A program made the position numbers and the translations under genes. From positions 1 to 30,052 of IMG/VR virus record IMGVR_UViG_3300043580_000088: DNA of 30,052 nt. One strand, 5' to 3'. Shown one piece after another: positions 8,249 to 16,421 of the stretch. Source of the stretch: a virus (lineage: Duplodnaviria; Caudoviricetes). The notes beneath the pieces are model-generated. The model worked only from the letters and a program-made list of their open reading frames with translations, was not told where the DNA came from and made no database searches. Position 1 is the stretch's first letter; every line of letters starts with the position of its first letter.

Positions 8249-8321
8249 GTGGATGTGGTGTTTAACGGCAACACTCCTGCCTTCCAAGCAGGCATTTCGG
8301 GTTCAAATCCCGACGTCCGCA
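8249..8321 (+). tRNA. tRNA-Gly (TCC)
   Basis: GTGGATG/CGTCCGC acceptor; CCTGC-CTTCCAA-GCAGG; TCGGG-TTCAAAT-CCCGA. Confidence 0.92.
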
Positions 8322-8481
8322 CAGATGGTTTCGATGAGCGGTGTTTCACCCCGCGCACCAGATCGGGATGCGAGCCCGGCCGGAACCGTTCAGGGAGGTT
8401 CCGTGTGCACGCGGGACGTGGGCAGCATTCCGGATGCGTGGTAGAGACGCCGGGTGCCCGTCGCAAAGCCCTCCCGGGCCT

Positions 8482-8553
8482 GGGTCGATAGCTCAACGGC
8501 AGAGCACCACCTTGTCAAGGTGGGAAGTGGGGGTTCAAATCCCCTTCGACTCG
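8482..8553 (+). tRNA. tRNA-Asp (GTC)
   Basis: GGGTCGA/TCGACTC acceptor, G discriminator; CCACC-TTGTCAA-GGTGG; canonical D and T arms. Confidence 0.93.
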
Positions 8554-8697
8554 CTTACCGGAACGATCTTCGCCGGAAGCCATGACCGTTCGCGGCCGTG
8601 CCACCAAAGGAAGATCTTCCCAGGGGCCCGTTTGCACCACTTAACCGACTTTCACACGATACCTGGTCGTTTCGTTGGAGCGGTGGGAGGGTTTCAC

Positions 8698-8769
8698 GAT
8701 CCGGTAGCTCAGTGGCAGAGCGGCTGACTCTTAATCAGCGCGCCGAAGGTTCGATTCCTTCTCGGATTA
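8698..8769 (+). tRNA. tRNA-Lys (CTT)
   Basis: GATCCGG/TCGGATT acceptor; GCTGA-CTCTTAA-TCAGC; GAAGG-TTCGATT-CCTTC. Confidence 0.93.
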
Positions 8770-8806
8770 CTGCTCCACACCGGAGGAACTAAGCACACCC
8801 CCACCT

Positions 8807-8879
8807 TGGTTCGTAGCTCAGATGGCAGAGCAGGGGATTGTTAATCCTCGGGTCGCAGGTTCGAGTCCTGCCGGGCCAG
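8807..8879 (+). tRNA. tRNA-Asn (GTT)
   Basis: TGGTTCG/CGGGCCA acceptor, G discriminator; GGGGA-TTGTTAA-TCCTC; GCAGG-TTCGAGT-CCTGC. Confidence 0.93.
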
Positions 8880-8919
8880 CGTGAAACAGGGAAGCAACGA
8901 TGCAGGAGAGGAGGAATGA

Positions 8920-9120
8920 GTGGACCGCTACTATCTGCATGCCGACTTGGGCGGCGAGCGCGTGGAACGCGAAGTGACCTTGCTGGAGTACTGCCGTGCC
9001 GAACGCGCCGCAGGCTTCCACCCCGGCACACGCCGCGAGGACGTCCCCGCCACGGCATCGTGGAGTTCTGGCCACATCGGTGGCCGCGTCGAGTACGACT
9101 TCGAGCGCAAGGAAAAGTAA
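8920..9120 (+). CDS. Hypothetical protein
   Basis: GAGGA RBS, GTG start, 66 aa. Confidence 0.6.
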   Translation: MDRYYLHADLGGERVEREVTLLEYCRAERAAGFHPGTRREDVPATASWSSGHIGGRVEYDFERKEK

Positions 9121-9264
9121 GTGCATTACCTGGGGAAGCACCGTGCACCACAGCGGGTGCAGAGGATGTATACCGAACTTCCCGAATTGGTCTTCTACAT
9201 CGGCGGCGGAGTGGCCGGGATGTTGGCGGCCCTGATTCCGTACGGCATCTGGATGTTCGGGTGA
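9121..9264 (+). CDS. Small membrane protein (not in ORF track; alternative start ATG 9166)
   Basis: Abuts the upstream stop; hydrophobic LVFYIGGGVAGMLAALIPYGIWMFG. Confidence 0.5.
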   Translation: MHYLGKHRAPQRVQRMYTELPELVFYIGGGVAGMLAALIPYGIWMFG

Positions 9265-9271
9265 GGAAGAG

Positions 9272-9457
9272 TTGAAACGCAATCTGGGGATCTTGGTCGG
9301 CATCGCCGCGATCCTGCTCCTGGTGTCCGTCGTGTGCAGCTCTCGTAACACGGCGCAGTGCCAGGAGAAGTACGGACCCGAGGTCAGCTACGGCCTCAAC
9401 CGGCGAGGCTTCGCCATGTGCGTGGACGTTGACGGGAACCCGGTCGGCACCCCCTAA
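9272..9457 (+). CDS. Small membrane-anchored or secreted protein
   Basis: GAGGA RBS, TTG start, N-terminal hydrophobic helix. Confidence 0.6.
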   Translation: MKRNLGILVGIAAILLLVSVVCSSRNTAQCQEKYGPEVSYGLNRRGFAMCVDVDGNPVGTP

Positions 9458-9783
9458 ACGACCTTGACGAAGCCCTCGACCTGGATCACCGGAACCTCCG
9501 GGTTATCCGTGATTCGCAGCCACATCTTGTACGAGCCCACGGCCAGGTCCAGCGCCGCGCCCAGGCCGGGGCCGACGAGACACAGGGCGAAGAACCGGTC
9601 GGGCATAGGAACAAACCACGAGGCTGTCTTCCAGTCACCGGGAGCAGGATTGACCCCGGGAAGCTTGAAGGCAGCCTCCACCACATCCCCGGTCGGGTCA
9701 TACACGGCGCCGGTGTCAAAGATGTGCGCTTCGACCCGGGCCGGGATGAACACGGTACTCAGGACCGACTTGGTCACATCCAT
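9454..9783 (-). CDS. Small putative virion protein
   Basis: TGATG coupling with 9783-10709; beta-rich C-terminus GSYKMWLRITDNPEVPV. Start trimmed relative to the ORF track. Confidence 0.7.
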   Translation of the reverse strand: MDVTKSVLSTVFIPARVEAHIFDTGAVYDPTGDVVEAAFKLPGVNPAPGDWKTASWFVPMPDRFFALCLVGPGLGAALDLAVGSYKMWLRITDNPEVPVIQVEGFVKVV

Positions 9784-10709
9784 CAGAAACACTCCTCGAC
9801 AAGCTCTGCGGTCCAGTTCGGAGCCAACCCGGCATCCCAGTTCTGACCCAGTCCAGCATCCCAGTTCGGGGCCAGGAAAGCGCACCATTGCACCTCGGGA
9901 CCGCTGGCACTGGGTATCGCAGGCACCACCGGGTTGGCGCTGAAAGTGAACGATGCCGGGGTCACGGCTACCGTCACCGGGCCGGGAACCGCAGCGACGG
10001 GCACTGCGGTGAAGGTGAACGACGCGGGCGTCAGGTCCACATCGACGGGTGCGGCAGCCGACGGCTTGATCGCGATCGTGATCGCAGCCCACGGAATGCC
10101 ACCCGGGCTGAAGGTGCGCACACCGGTCGGTCCGGCCGCGCCCAGGAACTCGGTAGCGCCGACACCGCCGAACGTGGCCGTATGCCACTCGTACTGTTCG
10201 GTCATTGATCCCGGTGTTGTGAACGCGGGCAGCGTCGCACCGGTACCGGAGTTGATGTGGCCGATCATCAGGCCGTTCGGGACCGTCGTGGTCACCGAAG
10301 GGATGTCGATGGTCGGCGCCGGGTCGCCGGTGGCGTTAGCGGCGTCGTCGACCGGGTTGCTGGTCGCCGTACCGCGCAGCACGTAGACGGTGATGCCCTT
10401 GTCTTCCCCGCCGGAGCCGGACTCGGTCGTGGAGACGGTTTGGGCTCCGGCGGTGTTGACGTAGGCGGTGTACGACTTGACGTGGGCGTTGTTGACACCC
10501 TTGTCGGCGGTGCCGTCGGTGATCGGATCGACGGTCGGGGCACCGGGTGCCACCGTCGGCAGCACCATGTTGGTGATGTCGAAGAAGTCGTTGCCGTGAA
10601 TGACGACCAAAAGGTCGCCTACCTGGGGTGCGCCGCTGGTGGTGACCGCGATCGTCGGCGATGAACCGTTGTTGACGGCGAAAACTACCTCAACGATGCT
10701 GATCGCCAC
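9783..10709 (-). CDS. Thr/Gly/Ala-rich putative virion fibre or decoration protein
   Basis: AGGAG RBS; GDLLVV and PSVTTT..NGL beta-sandwich-like repeats; short C-terminal repeats. Confidence 0.65.
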   Translation of the reverse strand: MAISIVEVVFAVNNGSSPTIAVTTSGAPQVGDLLVVIHGNDFFDITNMVLPTVAPGAPTVDPITDGTADKGVNNAHVKSYTAYVNTAGAQTVSTTESGSGGEDKGITVYVLRGTATSNPVDDAANATGDPAPTIDIPSVTTTVPNGLMIGHINSGTGATLPAFTTPGSMTEQYEWHTATFGGVGATEFLGAAGPTGVRTFSPGGIPWAAITIAIKPSAAAPVDVDLTPASFTFTAVPVAAVPGPVTVAVTPASFTFSANPVVPAIPSASGPEVQWCAFLAPNWDAGLGQNWDAGLAPNWTAELVEECF

Positions 10710-10717
10710 GGCAACTC

Positions 10718-11131
10718 CTACGTGCCGTAGATCAGGTTAGCGATGTTGATATTGAGGCCACCATCCAGCGGCTGCGGGAACCCGGTCGTGTAGACGGCGA
10801 TGAGGTCGCGGCTCGCATCGGTGCCGCCTCCCTCGTCGTAGATGAAAACACCCTGGACCGTCGTCGCCGCAACAGGCGTGAATGAGGTATTCGCCGCGTC
10901 GTAGAACGCCCGGTTGTTGACGTCGTCTTCGCCCACATTCTCCCCGGCCAGCGTCAGCCGCTCGGCGAGGATAGACACGCCCACGACCGCGTCCAAGTCG
11001 GCGACAGTGTTCAGGTCCGGGTCGTTGACACCGACAGTAGTGCCGAGGATGGCACCCATCCGCACGTCGTTGGCGGCGAGGAACGCGGTGAAGAACCGGA
11101 ACTTGCCCCGGTTGGTGACAGTCTCGGCCAT
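10718..11131 (-). CDS. Putative virion structural protein
   Basis: 137 aa in the late operon; resembles small tail-associated beta-rich proteins. Confidence 0.65.
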   Translation of the reverse strand: MAETVTNRGKFRFFTAFLAANDVRMGAILGTTVGVNDPDLNTVADLDAVVGVSILAERLTLAGENVGEDDVNNRAFYDAANTSFTPVAATTVQGVFIYDEGGGTDASRDLIAVYTTGFPQPLDGGLNINIANLIYGT

Positions 11132-11134
11132 GAC

Positions 11135-11308
11135 CTACTTCTTCCGCATCGACCCGCCGGTGCGGGTGACTTCCATCCGAGCTTCGGGCTCGGAGTTGAA
11201 CTCGGCGGTCGTCCCGTCGGCGCGGTAGACGACCCACTTGTTGTCCCCCGACGCCCGCAGCGACTGCGGTCCCGCCGGGGTCAGGCTCGCGCCTCCACAG
11301 CTACACAT
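11135..11308 (-). CDS. Small protein with N-terminal MCSCGG motif (not in ORF track)
   Basis: GAGGGGTGA RBS; 57 aa filling the gap after the protease gene. Confidence 0.7.
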   Translation of the reverse strand: MCSCGGASLTPAGPQSLRASGDNKWVVYRADGTTAEFNSEPEARMEVTRTGGSMRKK

Positions 11309-11311
11309 GCG

Positions 11312-13417
11312 TCACCCCTCGATCCGTGCCACGGCGTCGCGGAACCGGCGAGCCCGGTCCTGACCCAGCCGGGCCTCGATCCTGGACATTACCTCAGCGA
11401 TCCGCGAGGCAACGCCGAAGTCTTCGTCCGGGTGCGGGGGCATCTCCACGCCGTCGGGAAGAACCAGGCCAGCAGCAACAAGAGCATTCGGCTCTCCAGA
11501 CGCGGTGCGGGAGATGATCGGGTAGCCGGGCGTGTTGACCGCCAGCGCCGCGACCAGTTCCAGGCCGCCTTCACGGGTCCGGCGCCAGTCACCGGAGATC
11601 GGCGAGCGGCGCAGCGCCGCGACCTGTTCCGGGGTGGCGTCGGCGACAACCGAACCGTTGACCCAGATGCCCCACTTGTCCTCCGACGCGGCAACGATCG
11701 CGGCGGCGGTACCCGTGTTGTCGTAGTGGTCGGCGGCGGGAATGTAGCCGAGCCGGGCATCCGCGTGACCGGTCCCGACCGTCAGCCGCCCGACCTTGAC
11801 CATCGACCCGTCAGACGTCAGCACGTCGCCGTTACGGAAGTACTTGTAGCCGGTCTTCGAGCGGGGCGCCAGAACACAGCGGTCAGCGATGCCCATGTGG
11901 CAGACGCCCCACGCCGCGATGTGGCCGTACACATGCCCGTCGGCGGTGACAGTGAGGGGAGTAGGTCCCGGAAGCTGGGGATCGGCGAACCACTCGGTAG
12001 GCGGTGCCACCGGCGCGACCGTTGCACTGGCCGTGTTCGAGTCACCCTCGATACGCTTCTGGACCCGCTCCAGCACACCCCGAGCCGCCGACATGTCATC
12101 GTCAGGGATCGCGACCCCGCCCCGGGCGCCGTTGATCGCGCCGAGCGCCGACGCAACAGCCTTCGGGATGATCGTCAGAGTTCCGTCGATGACGTCCGCG
12201 ATCGGAAGCTTGTACGAACCGAAGTTCTCCGGGTTGCCCGAATCCCACCACACGAACGCGCGACGGTACTTACGCATGTCCCCGTCAGCCCAGGCGCGTA
12301 CCCGGCCACGGGCCGCTCCGCCATCCCAGCCGTGCCCCGGGTCGGCGATCGGCATGGAAGAGAAGCCGGAGCTGTTCACTGCAGCGACGATGCTCGAAGT
12401 CATGTTGGCGGTCTCCTCGTCCCTCTCGTCGGGGGTACGGCCACGCAGCCACGGTGCGACCACGCGCGGATCCTGGTACTGCTCCTGAAGCATGGCGTAG
12501 ATTTCGGTGACGGTAGCCTTGAGCGCATCCCGCTCAGGGTCGGTAACTACATCAGCCAAGTATCCGTGGCCGCCGGACAGGATCGTCCCGGCCGAGAACA
12601 CGGCCCGAGGGATCAGGACCAGGCGACCGTTGACGACGTCAGCGACCGGCAGCCGGTACGAGTCCGGGTTCAGCGGCTGACCGTCCTTGGACTTCCACAG
12701 GAACGCGCGACCGAACTTGTTGCCGTCGCTTCCGGCCCACGACGAGATCCGGGCAATCGCCTCGTCGGCGTTCCACGGCGTCTCGCGGTCGGCGACAGGG
12801 AACGACGACCAGCTCTTGGTGTTGACGGAGGCGTACAGATAGTCCTCGTCGTCGTCACTGATCGCGGCTTCGGTCGGTGCCGCGCTCTCGTCCGATACGT
12901 TTTGATCCGTCCGCTCGGGGGCGAAAACTTCATCAGGTTCGCCAGACAGCGGGTAGTCGACGATCGAGCCCATGCCCGCGACCCGGATGTGAGTGAACAC
13001 CAGTGTGCCGAGCTTGTCCGCGACCGTGGGGTTGCCGACCGGCCCGTACTTAAGAGTCAGGTGAGCGTTCCACGGTGCGGGGGCGTCACCGTCGCCGACC
13101 ATTTCGACGAGGCCGTCACGTACAACCGACAGCGCTTCCCCGTTGATCTCCAGGACGGTGCACATCTCCTCGCCGGGGTTAAACACGGCGAATCCGAACG
13201 CCTCGGCAGCCATCGGCGGGAAGTTCGCGGCGATGCTGATCGCGGCCCGGTGCAGCTCCAGGAACCCGGCCGGACCCAGGGCCTGGGCATCGGCCCAGTA
13301 GCACAAGGTCACGTGCAGGTCTTCAGGCTTCTCCCCGCCAGGTACGACGAGGCGGGCCGCGTCTTCTTCGCTGGGGACGAGGGCGATCATCGCACCCGGG
13401 TTCGGCTCATCGGCCAC
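11312..13417 (-). CDS. Fusion: 2H phosphoesterase + two tandem repeat domains + capsid maturation protease-like domain
   Basis: HVTL and HLTL 2H motifs; duplicated W...A..R...WA...AF.W...SY.LP.ADV..G.L...P.AV domain; C-terminal GHIA.WG.CH.G and SGDWR...LELVAALAVNTPGYP. Start uncertain (GTG 13417 or ATG 13426). Confidence 0.75.
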   Translation of the reverse strand: MADEPNPGAMIALVPSEEDAARLVVPGGEKPEDLHVTLCYWADAQALGPAGFLELHRAAISIAANFPPMAAEAFGFAVFNPGEEMCTVLEINGEALSVVRDGLVEMVGDGDAPAPWNAHLTLKYGPVGNPTVADKLGTLVFTHIRVAGMGSIVDYPLSGEPDEVFAPERTDQNVSDESAAPTEAAISDDDEDYLYASVNTKSWSSFPVADRETPWNADEAIARISSWAGSDGNKFGRAFLWKSKDGQPLNPDSYRLPVADVVNGRLVLIPRAVFSAGTILSGGHGYLADVVTDPERDALKATVTEIYAMLQEQYQDPRVVAPWLRGRTPDERDEETANMTSSIVAAVNSSGFSSMPIADPGHGWDGGAARGRVRAWADGDMRKYRRAFVWWDSGNPENFGSYKLPIADVIDGTLTIIPKAVASALGAINGARGGVAIPDDDMSAARGVLERVQKRIEGDSNTASATVAPVAPPTEWFADPQLPGPTPLTVTADGHVYGHIAAWGVCHMGIADRCVLAPRSKTGYKYFRNGDVLTSDGSMVKVGRLTVGTGHADARLGYIPAADHYDNTGTAAAIVAASEDKWGIWVNGSVVADATPEQVAALRRSPISGDWRRTREGGLELVAALAVNTPGYPIISRTASGEPNALVAAGLVLPDGVEMPPHPDEDFGVASRIAEVMSRIEARLGQDRARRFRDAVARIEG

Positions 13418-14219
13418 GGATCTCATCCCCGTCCAAGATGTCAAGCGTGCAGCGACAATTGATAACGTTGTGCGGTAGTCCGTCTGGGTCGCCCGGGAAC
13501 TGCAATGTTTCGGGACCGACCCGGAAGCCGGTCGAGAGCGGTTGGGTCTGCCCGTCGGCGGCACGGTGCCATTCTCGCACCCGTGGATCACGAGAGGAAT
13601 CCCAACGCTTGAACATGGGGCGACCTTCGTCGATCTGGGACTGGTAGGCACCGGCGAGGATCGAGGCGGCGTACGCGCGGTTGACTTCGGTGACGGCGAT
13701 GACCTTGGAGCGACCGGGCCAGTTCTGCGACCCGGTGACGTCGAGGACCCGATCGACTCGGCGAGCCTGGTGGTACACATCCTCGCCGAGTGCCGCTGAT
13801 TGGATCAGTTCGGCGTTGACCCGGTCGTAGATCTCGTTGGGGATACGTACCAGCAGGTTGCGGGCCTGCTGCAACTCCTGCTGCATGATCGCGTTGGCGT
13901 CTGGGAATGCGCGCCGAGCCGGAGCGATCTTGCCCCAGCCACGATGTTGAACCTTCACCAATTCGGGCATGATGTCGTTGTCGACTCGGGTCGTCCAGTC
14001 CTGGGCGAGGAACATGATCTCGTCCGAGTCGGGCACAGAACCATACTTCTGTGTGTCGCCGTTGACGGCGGTACGCACCTTCGATAGCCACGACCGCAGC
14101 GCCGCCAGCACGATCGCCGCCATTGCCACCTCGAACGCCGACAGATCGTCGCCGCCTTCGGGCGCGGGCTCCGCCGCCGGGACCGGCTCGTCGACCGGCG
14201 GCTGTTCCGGCGTCGTCAT
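13407..14219 (-). CDS. MuF-like minor head / head morphogenesis protein
   Basis: ATGA overlap with the portal stop; IAVTEVNRA, KRW....D.RVR..H..ADGQ and FPGDP......VINCRCT motifs. Confidence 0.85.
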   Translation of the reverse strand: MTTPEQPPVDEPVPAAEPAPEGGDDLSAFEVAMAAIVLAALRSWLSKVRTAVNGDTQKYGSVPDSDEIMFLAQDWTTRVDNDIMPELVKVQHRGWGKIAPARRAFPDANAIMQQELQQARNLLVRIPNEIYDRVNAELIQSAALGEDVYHQARRVDRVLDVTGSQNWPGRSKVIAVTEVNRAYAASILAGAYQSQIDEGRPMFKRWDSSRDPRVREWHRAADGQTQPLSTGFRVGPETLQFPGDPDGLPHNVINCRCTLDILDGDEIRGR

Positions 14220-16057
14220 CGCATCAAGCCGACTTCGCGCAGCACGGCAGCCAGCATCGTCCGCTCGTGGGCGATGGACCGGGTCAACAGGGTTCGGGTG
14301 TAGTTCTCGACCGCCGACGCGTAGACCTGCGGGTCGACCCGCAGGTCCCGGGCGTCGATGTCGAGGGTGTCCCACGCCGAGGCGAGGATCTGGTCAGCGT
14401 GATCCACGTCGCGGACCTTGACCTTGGTGTGAAGCTCGAACTTCGGAACGCCGGACCATACCGTCTTGCGCGTCTGGGCGGTCAGCAATCGATTTCCGGC
14501 CAGCTCCAGGGCACGGCGGACCGTGTGGTGGGCAGCTTCAAGGATCGGACCGCCGGACGCCACCAGGGCCGCCGTCGTGGTGTCGGGTGCGCTACGGGCG
14601 TTGTCGGGAAGGTCGGTGAACGGCGCCGGACCTTCGGCCATGTTGGTGATCTCGGGCGTCGGAGGCGGCGGCGGGGGCGTGGAAGACGTTCCGAGGGCCT
14701 CCGTCTCGACGTCGATCCCGGCCTCTTCGCGCACGTTGGCGTCAGCGAACAGGGTCGGGTCGCGCAGGATGACCTCCATGGTGCGACGCTGGGACAGCTC
14801 GGCGGCGCTGGGCGCGTCAGCTTCCTTGAAGTCGCCGTACCGGCGCAGGGCCTCAGCGGACAGGGCTTCCTTGTCGTACAGGCTGACCGCGTCGGCGAGA
14901 CGGTTCGGGCGCACGGTCAGAGTCGAGGTGTCGAACCAGTAGACGTACTTGCCGATTTCGCTCTTGCGGCCGAGAGTGATCATGGCGGCGTACAGCCACG
15001 ATGACAGCGCGTCGCAGATCCGGACCATGATCGGCTCTACGTGGATCTTGACGGCGGACTCTTCGACATGCCAGATGTTGAAGTGGTTCGCCGACTGGCC
15101 CATACCCAGCAAAACTTCCGGCGGGATGTTCATTGAGATCGACAAACGCCGGATCGCCTCGTCCCGCAGAGGGGCCGCGACCTCGCTCAGCAGTGACTCG
15201 AACCTGATCGGGTTGCGCAGTAGTTCCGCGATGGGGGCCGGGAGGTCGGCCGGGATCTCGATGATGATCGGGGCGATCCCAGCGGCCTGTCCGAGGCCGG
15301 TCAGTGACGCCTCCATCGCCTCAAGGATCAGCTCCAGGAGAGCTTCAGCGACAGACTGGTCATCGGCCCGGGGGAAGTCCATCCCGGCCGGGATGCACCA
15401 CACCATGCCGTTGGCGATCCGCGAATCCAACTGCGAGTCGGTGTAGCGGGTCAGTTTCTCCAGTTGGGACAGGACGTGCAGCGCGGAACGGGCGGGGGCG
15501 TCCGCGAACCACATGTTGGCCGGGTGCGGGGTCCACACCCGCATCAGGAAGTCCTTCTTCTGGGCCAGGGTGGTGGATACTTCGCCCTGGTTGAGGAACA
15601 GGCGCGGGCCTTCGGAGTTCAGTTCGGTCGGGGCGGCTACTGTCCACCGGTCGGTGCCGTTGACGGTCCGGCCGATAAGGTAAGCCTCACCTGCGACGGT
15701 GAGGCTGATTCCGAGCGCCCGCTGGATTTCAGCTCGACCGCCGGGTCCGCCGAACAACGACGTTCCCAGGGCGCGGATCTCCGGGTCGGATGCTTCGCCC
15801 TGGATGTTGCCGTAGTCGTCGACCTCGTACACGCCGATCTTGACCCGGGAGCAGGCTGATCCGATGTAGTCGGCGGCGTCGTGCAGCTCACCGATACAGT
15901 TGTATAGCCGCCACGTCTCGGCCTGCCACGCCTTGTCGGCACTGTAGGGCGCGGTGGGCCAGGTGAAACCCTCGACCGGGATGCGAGCCGCCGAGGCGAC
16001 CATCGTCCGCACGGTCGGCGGTGCCGTGACCTTGTTCTTGGTGCGGGTCAGCGCCAC
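14216..16057 (-). CDS. Portal protein
   Basis: 613 aa after terminase; WQ.E.W..Y..IGEL, RVW.PHP.....AD.P.R and R.EAIRRL......PPE.LLG motifs of actinophage portals. Confidence 0.88.
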   Translation of the reverse strand: MALTRTKNKVTAPPTVRTMVASAARIPVEGFTWPTAPYSADKAWQAETWRLYNCIGELHDAADYIGSACSRVKIGVYEVDDYGNIQGEASDPEIRALGTSLFGGPGGRAEIQRALGISLTVAGEAYLIGRTVNGTDRWTVAAPTELNSEGPRLFLNQGEVSTTLAQKKDFLMRVWTPHPANMWFADAPARSALHVLSQLEKLTRYTDSQLDSRIANGMVWCIPAGMDFPRADDQSVAEALLELILEAMEASLTGLGQAAGIAPIIIEIPADLPAPIAELLRNPIRFESLLSEVAAPLRDEAIRRLSISMNIPPEVLLGMGQSANHFNIWHVEESAVKIHVEPIMVRICDALSSWLYAAMITLGRKSEIGKYVYWFDTSTLTVRPNRLADAVSLYDKEALSAEALRRYGDFKEADAPSAAELSQRRTMEVILRDPTLFADANVREEAGIDVETEALGTSSTPPPPPPTPEITNMAEGPAPFTDLPDNARSAPDTTTAALVASGGPILEAAHHTVRRALELAGNRLLTAQTRKTVWSGVPKFELHTKVKVRDVDHADQILASAWDTLDIDARDLRVDPQVYASAVENYTRTLLTRSIAHERTMLAAVLREVGLMR

Positions 16058-16389
16058 GGCTCACCTTCCCGGCTATTCACCGTCACCTGGGGCTTGAGTT
16101 CGTCGATGGAGAGTACGGCCGGGGCCACGAGTGCGACGGCCAGTGCCGTGATCGGGAGCTGTGCCCACAGGTGCCCGGTTCCGAACCACGCGAACGGCGT
16201 CATCAAAGCAGAGACCCAGATCGCTACACACCACTGGCAATGTACCAGATAGGCGATCTTGGACTGTTCACCGAACTTGTCCAGGACCCACAGCCGCAAA
16301 TCCTTCGACAAGTAGTCGAAGCAGACGAATCGGACCACCCGGGCCGTGGCCAGGATGACGAGCACGAGCCAAACCGGGTGATCGATCAC
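16048..16389 (-). CDS. DUF1360-like membrane protein
   Basis: LATARV.RF...D, L..C.WC..IWV and hydrophobic segments; TACCAT 6 nt upstream suggests a leaderless mRNA. Confidence 0.7.
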   Translation of the reverse strand: MIDHPVWLVLVILATARVVRFVCFDYLSKDLRLWVLDKFGEQSKIAYLVHCQWCVAIWVSALMTPFAWFGTGHLWAQLPITALAVALVAPAVLSIDELKPQVTVNSREGEPWR

Positions 16390-16421
16390 GCAAACATGGT
16401 ATAACGCGTCAACCTAGTTCA

